DNA from: an uncultured Chlorobiaceae bacterium
Lineage (GTDB): Bacteria > Bacteroidota > Ignavibacteria > UBA10030 > SZUA-254
Assembly: GCA_964523395.1 (NCBI GenBank)
Contig: CAZFXS010000004.1
Span: 141,581 to 205,580 of the forward strand
Length of the DNA stretch: 64,000 nt
Direction: 5' to 3'
Shown: in pieces, positions 19,359 to 29,214 of the stretch
Position numbering within the stretch: the stretch's first letter is position 1
Layout of the letters: every line of letters starts with the position of its first letter
Program-made: the position numbers and the translations under genes
Notes under the pieces: generated by a model
The model's input: the letters and a program-made list of their open reading frames with translations, nothing else
The model's database searches: none
Told to the model about the DNA's origin: nothing

Positions 19359-19387
19359 TTGTATTTCCCTCCCTCTTTCCTTATCTT
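19359..19387 (+). promoter_or_regulatory. Sigma70 promoter, probably giving a leaderless mRNA
   Basis: TTGTAT-N17-TATCTT ending 5 nt before ATG 19393; pyrimidine-only upstream tract, no SD. Confidence 0.55.
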
Positions 19388-19392
19388 TTCCC

Positions 19393-19806
19393 ATGATTAA
19401 AGTCGCAGTCGGCATCATCATTCAAAAAGAACATGACGCAAATTCAAAATCTTGCCGTGTGTTATTGTGTCAGAGGAAAAAATCCGCAAGGTATGGATTG
19501 AAGTGGGAATTTCCAGGCGGTAAACTTGAAGATGGCGAAACACCGGAATACTGCCTCCGGCGCGAATTGCGTGAAGAACTGAGTATTTCCGCCGAGATAG
19601 GCCAATTATTCCACCAACAGCATTATGTGTACCCCGACAGCGGCAAATTTGATGTCTTCTATTATAAAGTGGATACTTTCACCGGCACGATTATCAATCA
19701 TGTTTTCGAATCGTTTGAATGGGTTCCAGTCGCTGAGCTGTTCCAATATGATATTCTCGATGGCAATCGAGATGTGGTCGCCAAATTGTTAAAAGAGTAT
19801 GCGTAA
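19393..19806 (+). CDS. mutT: Nudix hydrolase, MutT-like (d)NTP pyrophosphohydrolase
   Basis: WEFPGGKLEDGETPEYCLRRELREELSI Nudix box; operonic with mutY. Confidence 0.8.
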   Translation: MIKVAVGIIIQKEHDANSKSCRVLLCQRKKSARYGLKWEFPGGKLEDGETPEYCLRRELREELSISAEIGQLFHQQHYVYPDSGKFDVFYYKVDTFTGTIINHVFESFEWVPVAELFQYDILDGNRDVVAKLLKEYA

Positions 19807-20734
19807 GATATCTCCCAGGAAAGTTTCCTCACTGCATAGAAAGGTCATCAGCTGGTACCGCTTGCATAAGCGCGAACTGGAGTGGAGAAAAACGCGCGAT
19901 CCGTATGTCATTTTGATATCCGAAATCATGCTTCAGCAAACACAGGTCAGCCGTGTCAGGGAAAAGCTTCCGCTGTTTCTGAAATCATTCCCGACATTGC
20001 GCAGACTCGCATCCTCTTCAAAAGCAGACGTTCTTCGCGCATGGAAAGGAATGGGTTACAATAACAGAGCAATTCGTTTACGTGATATGGCTCGTGCAAT
20101 CCGGGACAACCATCATGGAACTATTCCATGTGACATTGAAACATTGCTTACACTTCCCGGGATCGGGCCATATACAGCACACGCGCTTTCCTGTTTTGCA
20201 TTTAAGAAATCTGTCCCTGTTGTCGACGTAAATATTCGTCGGGTTCTTTCGCGGGTTTTCAGAAAATCAAAAAACCTGACCGATGCATTTGATGAACCGA
20301 CTTCCTGGAAGCTTGCAAAAGATATTTTACCTCAAGATGCTTATACATGGAATCAGGCGCTGATGGACATCGGCGCAACAATTTGCACTGCGCGACAACC
20401 ATCATGCAACAGTTGCCCTATCGCAACTCTTTGCAGTTCACGAACTTCACTGCAACATATTTCAACCAAACATCCGAAGCTTCAATCGAAAAAAACCGAG
20501 CCGATGCACGATGGGGTTCCACGCCGTATCTGGCGCGGACGGATTGTTGAAGCACTGCGGAATGTCAACAGCAAAGGTTCGATAAGCCTGCCGAGTCTTG
20601 GTAAAATAATTAAACCGGGTTTCACAAAAGCTGATGATAAATGGTTGATGTCACTTATCTCGTTATTGAAAGATGATGGTATTGTTGAAACGAGAAATCA
20701 TCAATCCGCTACATTCGTTTCTCTCGCATCATGA
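19799..20734 (+). CDS. mutY: A/G-specific adenine glycosylase, short form lacking the C-terminal MutT-like domain
   Basis: DPYVILISEIMLQQTQV, WKGMGYNNRA, LPGIGPYTA, VVDVNIRRV, NQALMDIGATICTARQPSCNSCPIATLC (4Fe-4S). Confidence 0.9.
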   Translation: MRKISPRKVSSLHRKVISWYRLHKRELEWRKTRDPYVILISEIMLQQTQVSRVREKLPLFLKSFPTLRRLASSSKADVLRAWKGMGYNNRAIRLRDMARAIRDNHHGTIPCDIETLLTLPGIGPYTAHALSCFAFKKSVPVVDVNIRRVLSRVFRKSKNLTDAFDEPTSWKLAKDILPQDAYTWNQALMDIGATICTARQPSCNSCPIATLCSSRTSLQHISTKHPKLQSKKTEPMHDGVPRRIWRGRIVEALRNVNSKGSISLPSLGKIIKPGFTKADDKWLMSLISLLKDDGIVETRNHQSATFVSLAS

Positions 20735-21369
20735 AAAAGAAGCCGGATAAAATTACCATACAAGAGTTGAAAGCACTTCATCATGAACAGCAGAACGCCA
20801 TACACGAGCGACTGACTGAATTTTCGCAAGTACTGCAAAGCGAATATTTTTACGAATTACTCTATTGCCTGCTCACACCGCAATCAAGCGCTGTCAATGC
20901 CGACAAAGCAGTGAAAGTTCTCCGCGAGAACAATATTTTTTATGATGATATAGATCCTGAACCGCTCCTCCACCACAAGGAGTATTACATCCGTTTTCAC
21001 AAAACAAAAGCAAAACATATTTCCGGAATGAAGAAGCAATTTTCCATTATCGAAAGCCATCTTTCCAATGGAAGTACCGGAATTGAAATACGCGAATGGC
21101 TCGTCAACAATGTTAAAGGGCTGGGGTGGAAAGAGTCATCGCATTTTCTCCGCAATATTGGTTATCGCAATCTTGCCATTCTGGACAGGCATATTCTGAG
21201 AAACCTTGTCCGGACGGGCGCTCTTCGCATGCTTCCGAAAACCCTTACCGCCAAAAAATATCTGAGCATTGAGAAAAAATTTCGTACATTCTCTGATTCC
21301 GTTGGCATACCGATGGACGAACTGGATTTGCTGTTCTGGAGTATGGAAACGGGGGAAATTTTAAAATGA
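20731..21369 (+). CDS. ogg: 8-oxoguanine DNA glycosylase/lyase, Ogg2 type
   Basis: VKGLGWKESSHFLRNIG, AILDRHILR, YLSIE, ELDLLFWS; C-terminal Lys. Confidence 0.88.
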   Translation: MKKKPDKITIQELKALHHEQQNAIHERLTEFSQVLQSEYFYELLYCLLTPQSSAVNADKAVKVLRENNIFYDDIDPEPLLHHKEYYIRFHKTKAKHISGMKKQFSIIESHLSNGSTGIEIREWLVNNVKGLGWKESSHFLRNIGYRNLAILDRHILRNLVRTGALRMLPKTLTAKKYLSIEKKFRTFSDSVGIPMDELDLLFWSMETGEILK

Positions 21370-21488
21370 TTTCGAAATTCGGATTTGGGATTGCGAATTT
21401 AAGATATTTATAACTTTCAATCGCCGATTTACAATTTATTGGTTCTAAACTTTTTTAATTTTGAATTTTTACTTTTGACTTATTGCTT
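21370..21488. repeat. Two heptamer arrays
   Basis: GATTTCG AAATTCG GATTTGG GATTGCG AATTTAA after ogg; TTTTAAT TTTGAAT TTTTACT TTTGACT TATTGCT directly before ATG 21489. Confidence 0.75.
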
Positions 21489-22628
21489 ATGAAACCTCTC
21501 GTAATCGGCGCCGGCATGATGGGAAGCGCGATGGCGTACGACCTTGCGCATTCTCCGGGCGTTGACCTGGTTCTTCTTGCCGATATTAATGAAGAACGCG
21601 CGCAACAAGTTGCATCGTCTATCGGGGGTAACGTCAAAGCTTGCCGCATCGATACCAACAACATGAAGGACGTTATTCAGCTCATGCGGCAGGCGAACGT
21701 CGCCATCGGAGCTACGAGTTATACGCACAACGTCGGATTGACGAAAGCTGCAATTGAGGCAAAGATTCATTTCTGCGACCTTGGCGGCAACATGGATGTT
21801 GTCTATGAACAGATGAAGCTGAATGATCTGGCCCGCGCCGCAAATGTATTGATCCTTCCCAACTGCGGACTTGCCCCGGGAATGGCGTGTGTCATTGCGG
21901 CAGGCGGGGCGAAAAAATTTGATACGGTCAACGCTATTCATATCCGCGTCGGCGGACTTCCACAGCATCCACAACCTCCGCTGAACTACCAGCTTGTATT
22001 TTCCGCGGAGGGATTAATTAATGAATATCTTGAGCCGGCAGAAGCCATCCGCAATGGTGAACTGCAACAGCTTGAATCTATGACCGATCTTGAAGACCTG
22101 GAATTTCCACCACCGTTCAATAAGCTTGAAGCGTTTAACACATCCGGAGGTATTTCCACGCTCACAGGAATGTACAAGGGCAAAATTAACAATCTTGATT
22201 ACAAAACAATCCGGTACAAAGGGCACTGCGAAAAATTCAAAATGCTGCTCGACCTCGGATTCGCAAGCGCCGAGCCGATCATGGTCGGGAACTCCGTCCG
22301 CACCGCACGTGAATTGTTCGAAGAAATGCTGAGGCGCAAGCTTCCGGCAAATGGTCCTGATGTTGTGCTCACCCGGGTGACCATCAAAGGCACGATGAGT
22401 GGTTCACCGAAAACACTTGCGTATGAAATGGTAGATTATTATGATGATACCGTGAAAATAACATCGATGATGCGGACCACCGCGTTTCCGACGTCAATTA
22501 TCGCGCAAATGGTTGTGGATGGGACAATTTCGTCGCGGGGTGTTTTTCCTCCAGAGCAATGCGTACCGCTTGAACCGTTCATCGCCGAGCTTAAAAAGAG
22601 AAATATCATTATTAAAGAAACTTCATAA
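21489..22628 (+). CDS. Saccharopine dehydrogenase / lysine 6-dehydrogenase family protein
   Basis: VIGAGMMG Rossmann motif, DLGGN, NCGLAPG, VGGLPQ, LEAFNTSGG, YKTIRYKGH. Confidence 0.88.
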   Translation: MKPLVIGAGMMGSAMAYDLAHSPGVDLVLLADINEERAQQVASSIGGNVKACRIDTNNMKDVIQLMRQANVAIGATSYTHNVGLTKAAIEAKIHFCDLGGNMDVVYEQMKLNDLARAANVLILPNCGLAPGMACVIAAGGAKKFDTVNAIHIRVGGLPQHPQPPLNYQLVFSAEGLINEYLEPAEAIRNGELQQLESMTDLEDLEFPPPFNKLEAFNTSGGISTLTGMYKGKINNLDYKTIRYKGHCEKFKMLLDLGFASAEPIMVGNSVRTARELFEEMLRRKLPANGPDVVLTRVTIKGTMSGSPKTLAYEMVDYYDDTVKITSMMRTTAFPTSIIAQMVVDGTISSRGVFPPEQCVPLEPFIAELKKRNIIIKETS

Positions 22629-22811
22629 CCCCGAGCGAAACCGAGGGGTAGAATACAAGAGACTTTTATGAAACGTCCGTTATCTGTCGTCATTATTTCA
22701 AAAGACCCAAAGACACTGCAGGAAACCCACAACCGGTTTGATGTGCAGACAAGTTTTCCGAGGTTGAAGCTGTTTTCAATATTTTTGAAGGCCTTTTTTT
22801 CACTGTAATTT

Positions 22812-22839
22812 TCACCGCGAAGACGCAGAGAACACCGAG
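22812..22839 (+). repeat. Single arm of the nonamer-period repeat
   Basis: TCACCGCGAAGACGCAGAGAACACCGAG; 23/28 identical to 9076-9103. Confidence 0.65.
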
Positions 22840-22853
22840 AAAGAATTTTCACT

Positions 22854-23351
22854 ATGGCTGATACAAATTCATTTGATATTGTTTCCAAAGTCGATATGCA
22901 GGAAGTCGACAATGCGCTCAATCAGGCACGGAAAGAAATTATCCAGCGCTATGATTTCAAAGGATCAAAAACATCAATCGATCTGAAAGAAAAGGAAAAT
23001 CAAATTATCCTTATTTCTGACGATGATTTCAAAATGAAAGCAGTGGTGGATATACTTCAGTCGAAATTTGTAAAGCGCAACGTTCCGTTGAAAGCTCTTT
23101 CGTACGGCACGGTTGAACCGGCGGCGGGCGGAACCGTACGGCAGGTTATTACGTTACAGAATGGCATCGACAAGGAAAACGCGAAGCTTATTGTAAAAAT
23201 GATTAAAGATTCCAAGTTAAAAGTGCAGGCACAGATCATGGATGACCAGGTACGTGTCAGCGGAAAAAGCAAAGATGATCTCCAATCGGTCATGGCTCTG
23301 CTTCGCGGAGCCGATCTTAAATTCGCAGTGCAATTCACGAACTACCGATAA
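22854..23351 (+). CDS. yajQ: YajQ-family nucleotide/c-di-GMP-binding protein
   Basis: [16 protein letters not shown]...[35 protein letters not shown]. Confidence 0.96.
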   Translation: MADTNSFDIVSKVDMQEVDNALNQARKEIIQRYDFKGSKTSIDLKEKENQIILISDDDFKMKAVVDILQSKFVKRNVPLKALSYGTVEPAAGGTVRQVITLQNGIDKENAKLIVKMIKDSKLKVQAQIMDDQVRVSGKSKDDLQSVMALLRGADLKFAVQFTNYR

Positions 23352-23362
23352 GTGTTGCGCTG

Positions 23363-24934
23363 ATGCGAAAATTTTCTCTGGCCATTTTTCTCTTTGTTTG
23401 TTGCCTCTCCTCATTCGCACAGAACAGTATTCCGCTTCAGTTTTTACAGGACCCCAAGCGCGACCGCCAAATTGCAGCAATCAACCGACAGGGGGCAACC
23501 TTCATTTCCCTTAAAGATATCTCACAGGCATTCAGGCTTTCCGTTTCTCAGACAATCGAATCCCAGAAAGCGGAAATCAACACACCCTCGTTTACTCTTA
23601 AAGTCACGGCAAACAACCCGTTTATTATTGTCGTAGATAAACTGCAGAACGCAAGCATTGTTCAGCTTCCGCTGAGTGTCCTGTTTAACAATAAAACTTT
23701 CTATCTTCCTGTTGAACAATTTCTCCCTGTCTTCAATACTATTGTCTCAGAGGAACTTTCTTACGACAAGCTCAGGAACAGTATCATCGTGGGGCGGGCG
23801 CCCGCTCCGTCGAAATTCGATGTTGCCGGATTGATGTTCGAACAAAAATCCAATGGATTCCTGATCCGCATTCAATGCGGCAAAAAACTGACGGATTACG
23901 AAAGCTTCCTCAAACCGATCGGCGAAGATACGTGGCTGTATGTGACAATCGCAAACGCCAAAGCTGACCTCAAAACAATTAACGCGATGAAACCGTACGG
24001 CGCCGTAAAGAAAATTCTTGTCTTCCAGTCACCGACATCAGTACAATTAACATTCCGTTTGAAGGGACAAGTGACAAATACTGAGCTGATCCCCGCGGAA
24101 GGAAGCAACGACATTCTTGTTGCGGTCCACATGCCGACGGAAGAACAACTTGCGCTCAGAAAGCGTGAGCAGGAACGCAATCTCGATCGCGAACGGAACA
24201 GATGGAAGCTTGATGTAGTCGTGATCGATGCAGGGCACGGTGGAGATGACCCCGGAACCATCGGCGTAACAAAAACAAAAGAAAAAGATATTACTCTTTC
24301 AATTGCCTTAAAACTGGGAAAGCAGATTGAAAAGAATCTTCCCGATGTTAAAGTTGTGTACACAAGAAAGACTGATGAATTCGTAGAGTTATACCGGCGC
24401 GGACAAATCGCGAACCAGGCTGAAGGCAAACTGTTTATCAGCATTCATTGCAATTCTACGCGGCGAAAGCCGAGCGACGCAAACGGATTTGAAATTTATC
24501 TGTTGCGGCCCGGCAAAACCGATGCTGCTATTCAGATTGCGGAGCAGGAAAACGCGGTTGTAAAATTAGAAGAAGGCTACGAACAACGCTATCAGCAACT
24601 GACAGAAGAAAATTTCATACTGCTCACCATGGCGCAAAGCGCGTATGTCAAGTACAGCGAAAAGTTCGCGGCAATCCTGCGCCAGGAAATCGGCAAACAT
24701 CTCGACATTGAAAACAGGGGAGTCAAACAGGCCGGATTTTATGTTCTTGTCGGCGCTTCAATGCCAAATGTGCTTGTGGAGACGGGGTACCTCTCCAACC
24801 GCAAAGATGAACGAATTTTAAAAAGCAGTAAAGGTCAGCAAAAGATCGCCGAGGCGATTTTTAACGGGGTAAAGAAATATAAACAGGATTATGAAAAATC
24901 ATTATTAGAAGGAACTGACATCGGCTCACAATGA
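23363..24934 (+). CDS. N-acetylmuramoyl-L-alanine amidase (Amidase_3, AmiC-like)
   Basis: Signal peptide; VVIDAGHGGDDPG, KEKDITL, FISIHCNS, PNVLVETGYLSN. Confidence 0.92.
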   Translation: MRKFSLAIFLFVCCLSSFAQNSIPLQFLQDPKRDRQIAAINRQGATFISLKDISQAFRLSVSQTIESQKAEINTPSFTLKVTANNPFIIVVDKLQNASIVQLPLSVLFNNKTFYLPVEQFLPVFNTIVSEELSYDKLRNSIIVGRAPAPSKFDVAGLMFEQKSNGFLIRIQCGKKLTDYESFLKPIGEDTWLYVTIANAKADLKTINAMKPYGAVKKILVFQSPTSVQLTFRLKGQVTNTELIPAEGSNDILVAVHMPTEEQLALRKREQERNLDRERNRWKLDVVVIDAGHGGDDPGTIGVTKTKEKDITLSIALKLGKQIEKNLPDVKVVYTRKTDEFVELYRRGQIANQAEGKLFISIHCNSTRRKPSDANGFEIYLLRPGKTDAAIQIAEQENAVVKLEEGYEQRYQQLTEENFILLTMAQSAYVKYSEKFAAILRQEIGKHLDIENRGVKQAGFYVLVGASMPNVLVETGYLSNRKDERILKSSKGQQKIAEAIFNGVKKYKQDYEKSLLEGTDIGSQ

Positions 24935-24946
24935 TCATTGATCGCC

Positions 24947-26401
24947 ATGTTCCGCAACCTTAGCATTTCGACTAAACTCCTCATCACCATGGTGCCGCTG
25001 GTGTTTCTCGCCATCGGCCTCAGCGCTTACCTAAACAATCTCTACCAAGAAAAAGAAATGCTGAACCAGGCGCGATCAGCCGCACAGACAAACGCCGACC
25101 TTATCCGGGAATCGCTTGTCGATATGATGGTAACAAAATACAAAATCGATGACGAATACCTTGAACGCCTCAATAGTATCCGCGACATCCATGATGTGGA
25201 AATTTATTTCCTTCTCGACAGCCTCCGCTTAAATCTGACGTATCAATCCGAAGAACGAACACGCCGGCTAACTGAGCGACAGCGACTCATGCCGGCAAAT
25301 GCCGATGTTATCGGAGTATTTCGGACCGGTGAATCATTATGGAAACGCAGGGACAACATTTATAATACCGTTATTCCGTTCCTCGCTACGCCAAAGTGCA
25401 TGAAATGTCATGATGTTCAGGAAGGCGCCGTCCTTGGCGCGATCACGATGGACATCTCGATCGACAGGATCGAAGCAGCTATCAGAAATAACTGGGGACG
25501 TTCGTTTATTATCTTTCTCGTGTTCACTGCCGCGGGAATATTCGCCACGGTTCTTCTGTATCAATTGTTAATAGCTAAACGCCTCTCGAACCTGGTCGAA
25601 GCCACAAAGGCAATCGGCAGCGGAAACCTTGACAAACCCCTGCATGATTTTTCTTCGCGTGACGAGCTTGGAGAGCTGCGCATAGCGATTGAGACCATGC
25701 GCCAGCAGTTAAAAAATGCTCAGGCAAAACTGATTCATGGCGAGCGATTATCAATGATCGGCCAGATGGCAAGCTCTATTATCCATGATTTCCGCACACC
25801 AATGAGCACCATCAATCTTGCGGTAGCAAACCTGCAGCAGGGACAGGATGTCGGGCGCGAAAAAATGGAACTCTGGTATGGTATGATCCGAGACTCTGTT
25901 CAGAAAATGATCACTATGGCGCAAGAGCTGCTGGAATTTTCGCGCGGTGAGGCAACACTGAATAAACAGGAGCATTCAGTTCCGGAATTTGTTGATTTGA
26001 TAACGCGCAGTGTTTCACTTCACCTTGAACAGGCGCATATCCGTTTAACAGTAGAACAGGAATATGGCGGCAAGTGTGTATTTGATATGGACAGGTTTCA
26101 CCGGGCATTGGTGAACATCATTACAAACGCACAGGATGCCATGAGCAACGGCGGCGAGCTTCGCATCAGTTCATCGTTCAGAAATGGTTACGTCTGCTTT
26201 ACCATCAGCGACACCGGGCAGGGCATCCCGGCTGAAATCAAAGACAAGATATTCGATGCGTTTGTAACAAAGGGAAAGAAAAAAGGTACCGGCCTCGGGC
26301 TCGCAATTACAAAACGGATCATTGACCAGCATGGAGGTATGATCGATGTAAAGAGCGAAGCCGGGAGAGGGACAACGTTTGAGGTAATGATACCGGCGTA
26401 G
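24947..26401 (+). CDS. HAMP sensor histidine kinase with an extracytoplasmic CxxCH heme-c motif
   Basis: Two TMs flanking KCMKCHDV; HAMP (RDELGEL); H-box IIHDFRTP; NAQDAM, DTGQG, GTGLGL; ATG 24947 preferred. Confidence 0.9.
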   Translation: MFRNLSISTKLLITMVPLVFLAIGLSAYLNNLYQEKEMLNQARSAAQTNADLIRESLVDMMVTKYKIDDEYLERLNSIRDIHDVEIYFLLDSLRLNLTYQSEERTRRLTERQRLMPANADVIGVFRTGESLWKRRDNIYNTVIPFLATPKCMKCHDVQEGAVLGAITMDISIDRIEAAIRNNWGRSFIIFLVFTAAGIFATVLLYQLLIAKRLSNLVEATKAIGSGNLDKPLHDFSSRDELGELRIAIETMRQQLKNAQAKLIHGERLSMIGQMASSIIHDFRTPMSTINLAVANLQQGQDVGREKMELWYGMIRDSVQKMITMAQELLEFSRGEATLNKQEHSVPEFVDLITRSVSLHLEQAHIRLTVEQEYGGKCVFDMDRFHRALVNIITNAQDAMSNGGELRISSSFRNGYVCFTISDTGQGIPAEIKDKIFDAFVTKGKKKGTGLGLAITKRIIDQHGGMIDVKSEAGRGTTFEVMIPA

Positions 26402-26483
26402 CTACTTGTTGCGAAAACTGCTTTGCAAGTTACTTAAATGTCACCCCGATTACACCCGATCCGAACGCTTGAATTCGCATGTA

Positions 26484-28355
26484 TCATTGTACAACGAGTA
26501 CCGGAATTGAAAGCTTGTGTCTCACCTCCGAGATGGAAGCACCAAAAAGCACATCTTTAAATCCCCGATGGCCATGCCCGCCCATCACCAGCAAATCAAT
26601 TTCGTATTCTCCGGAAAGCTTAACAAGCTGATCCGGAACGCGACCAAACCCTAACGCGGGAATAGCATCAATGTTTTTTTCCTTTAGCTGCTTCGCGATG
26701 GCATTTAGTTTCTCCCTGTCACTGCGTGCTTCGTCATCATTTGCTTCCTTACCATACAACTGGCCGCTTACGCCCTCTACAATATGAAACAAGTACATTG
26801 ACGCCCCATGCTGTAGAGCAAGTGTTTGCGCATGCGACAAAACTTTCGCGTCCACCGGACCATAATCGAGAGCAACTCCTATTCGTGCATAGGTTTGAGG
26901 GGCAACAGCGACTGACTTTTCCGGCGAAGAAACAACGGGGGTTTTCTTACGCAATGCCACCGGAAGTGCAACATATATTAACAGAAACGCGCAACCGACG
27001 GCAACCGGGACAACGGTTATCCACAACCAAATTGCATCAGGTCCCGCATTTTCTATCCAACCGGAAATTGTCGAAAGAACCAGTTTCGCGTTTAACCCGA
27101 CGATAATTGTGGCTGAAACCCAGGCAAGGATTTTTACCCATGTTTTATTGGCAAATTCTCCCATCTTCTCTTTATTGCTTGTATACTGAATGAGAGGTAT
27201 GACAGCAAACGGGAGCTGAAGACTTAAAATAACCTGGCTGAGAATAAGAAGTCCATAGGAACCCTCTTCTCCTTTGATTGAAATGACAAGGACTGCAGGA
27301 ACGATGGCAATTAATCTTGTGATCAGCCTTCGTAAAACCGGCCGTATTCTGAATTGCAGAAACCCTTCCATAACAATTTGACCGGCAAGCGTTCCGGTAA
27401 GCGTTGAACTTTGTCCCGCTGATAGCAGAGCAACTGCGAAGAGCGTGCTGGCAATCGCGGAACCGAGAAGAGGAGAGAGCAGTTCATGCGCCTGTTGAAT
27501 TTCTGTTACAACCACTCCATTTTTGAAAAACACAGCCGACGACACAATGAGAATTGCTGAGTTGACAAAGAACGCGGCGTTAAGCGCGACTGCGGTGTCA
27601 ACCAGATTGTACTTGCATGCTCTGCGCTTCGCATCAGTAGTTTGCTGTACTTCACGGGTTTGCACAAGCGCGGAATGAAGATACAGATTGTGCGGCATCA
27701 CGGTTGCGCCGAGAATACCGATTGCCACATACAGGCTCTCGGAGGACAGCCGCGGAACAAATCCTGTCACCACATCGCCCCACACAGGTTGTGAAAGAAA
27801 AACCTCTATGCCGAAACAGACACCTATAGTTGTGACGAGTGCGAGGATAAAGGCTTCCATTTTCCGGATGCCGAAACTCTGAATCACCAGAAACAGCATT
27901 GTGTCAAAACCGGTAATGATGACGCCATACAGAAGCGGTATATCAAACAGCAGATTTAATCCGATCGCTGTACCGAGAACTTCGGCAAGGTCGCATGCGG
28001 CAATAGCCACCTCACAAAGAATCCAGAGAATAATTGCGACCGGTTTGGGATAGCTTTCACGGCAGGCCTGCGCGAGATCGCGCCCGGAAACAATCCCCAT
28101 CCTCGCTGAAAGTGTTTGCAGTAACACGGCCATGAGATTCGACATTGCCAAAACCCAGATCAGCTGGTATCCAAAGCGGGCACCGCCTTCAAGATCCGTT
28201 GCCCAGTTTCCGGGATCCATATATCCGACACTCACAAGATATGCCGGCCCTGCAAATGCGAACATGCGTTTAAAGATCCCCGCACTCCACGGGATGGAAA
28301 CACTCCGATGTACTTCGGAGAGTGAAACAGATGTATGTTCAGTTTTTATCTTCAT
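26484..28355 (-). CDS. mntH: Nramp divalent-metal transporter with a C-terminal universal-stress domain
   Basis: GYMDPGNWATD, GATVMPHNLYLHS, GQSSTLTGT; USP motif DLLVMGGHGHRG. Confidence 0.93.
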   Translation of the reverse strand: MKIKTEHTSVSLSEVHRSVSIPWSAGIFKRMFAFAGPAYLVSVGYMDPGNWATDLEGGARFGYQLIWVLAMSNLMAVLLQTLSARMGIVSGRDLAQACRESYPKPVAIILWILCEVAIAACDLAEVLGTAIGLNLLFDIPLLYGVIITGFDTMLFLVIQSFGIRKMEAFILALVTTIGVCFGIEVFLSQPVWGDVVTGFVPRLSSESLYVAIGILGATVMPHNLYLHSALVQTREVQQTTDAKRRACKYNLVDTAVALNAAFFVNSAILIVSSAVFFKNGVVVTEIQQAHELLSPLLGSAIASTLFAVALLSAGQSSTLTGTLAGQIVMEGFLQFRIRPVLRRLITRLIAIVPAVLVISIKGEEGSYGLLILSQVILSLQLPFAVIPLIQYTSNKEKMGEFANKTWVKILAWVSATIIVGLNAKLVLSTISGWIENAGPDAIWLWITVVPVAVGCAFLLIYVALPVALRKKTPVVSSPEKSVAVAPQTYARIGVALDYGPVDAKVLSHAQTLALQHGASMYLFHIVEGVSGQLYGKEANDDEARSDREKLNAIAKQLKEKNIDAIPALGFGRVPDQLVKLSGEYEIDLLVMGGHGHRGFKDVLFGASISEVRHKLSIPVLVVQ

Positions 28356-29005
28356 AGTTTTTGTACAAAAATATTTTTAGCCATCTGACGGCTCAGGGAA
28401 ATCTGTTTTTTTTTGAATTGAACGATAACCGAGCCGTCAAACTCTATTCGTTGTTTTATGAGAAATGTGGTGTTCAGTCGAAGTCCTACCGAATCAAGAT
28501 ATTGCAACGCCTCAGGGCTTTCGTCGCTGACGCGAACTATAACATATTTTTCTCTCACCTCACATTCATCAAGACTTTGATAGTTGAGTTCAACCAATTC
28601 ACCATCGGCAGTTGGAATCGGATCCCCGTGCGGATCTACCTTTGGATAGCCAAGCATTTTGTCGAGGCGTTTATCGAGCTCATCGGAAGTCACATGCTCA
28701 AGACGTTCCGCTTCCTCGTGCACTTCATCCCAGGTATAGCCGAGGTGTTGCACAAGAAACATCTCCCATAAACGGTGGCGGCGCATCATTTTCATCGCCA
28801 GACGTCTTCCGGATTCGGTAAGATTAACCCCCTGGTAAGGGACATAATGAATCAATTTTCTCTCAGAAAGTTTTTTCATCATGTCGGTAACAGAACCATC
28901 GCCGATGTTAAGATGCTTGGCAAGTTCTGAGGTACCTACAGATTTGCCCCTTTTCCCCAGTTTATAGATACTTTTGATGTAGTCTTCGGTTGATTGATTG
29001 AGCAT
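28352..29005 (-). CDS. mntR: DtxR/MntR-family metal-dependent repressor with FeoA-like domain
   Basis: TEDYIKSIY, SVTDMMKKL, RRHRLWEMFL, VHEEAERLEH, DPHGDPIP. Confidence 0.9.
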   Translation of the reverse strand: MLNQSTEDYIKSIYKLGKRGKSVGTSELAKHLNIGDGSVTDMMKKLSERKLIHYVPYQGVNLTESGRRLAMKMMRRHRLWEMFLVQHLGYTWDEVHEEAERLEHVTSDELDKRLDKMLGYPKVDPHGDPIPTADGELVELNYQSLDECEVREKYVIVRVSDESPEALQYLDSVGLRLNTTFLIKQRIEFDGSVIVQFKKKQISLSRQMAKNIFVQKL

Positions 29006-29018
29006 AATGTCGTTATTA

Positions 29019-29063
29019 ATATTTAGGCTTACCTAAATATATATTTTGGTATGTAAAAGTCAA
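29019..29063 (-). promoter_or_regulatory. DtxR/MntR operator and promoter of mntR-mntH
   Basis: Perfect ATATTTAGG-CTTA-CCTAAATAT (29019-29040); minus-strand TTGACT-N16-TATATT (29063-29036) overlaps it. Confidence 0.8.
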
Positions 29064-29214
29064 ATCTTAAATAAGGAAATCATTCCCTGTCTCTTGATTG
29101 GCTTAGATTTTTCATAGTAATTGTGTGAAGGCAATCACATTTGTCATTTGAGATTGCCCTATTTTTGGTTAATCTGTTTACGCTTCACGAATTAATACAA
29201 ACAACGGAGATTGT

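Noticed and set aside
22627-22650. Possible c-di-GMP riboswitch upstream of yajQ
   Set aside because: Only one short GAAA-loop hairpin; the conserved class I/II elements are not visible
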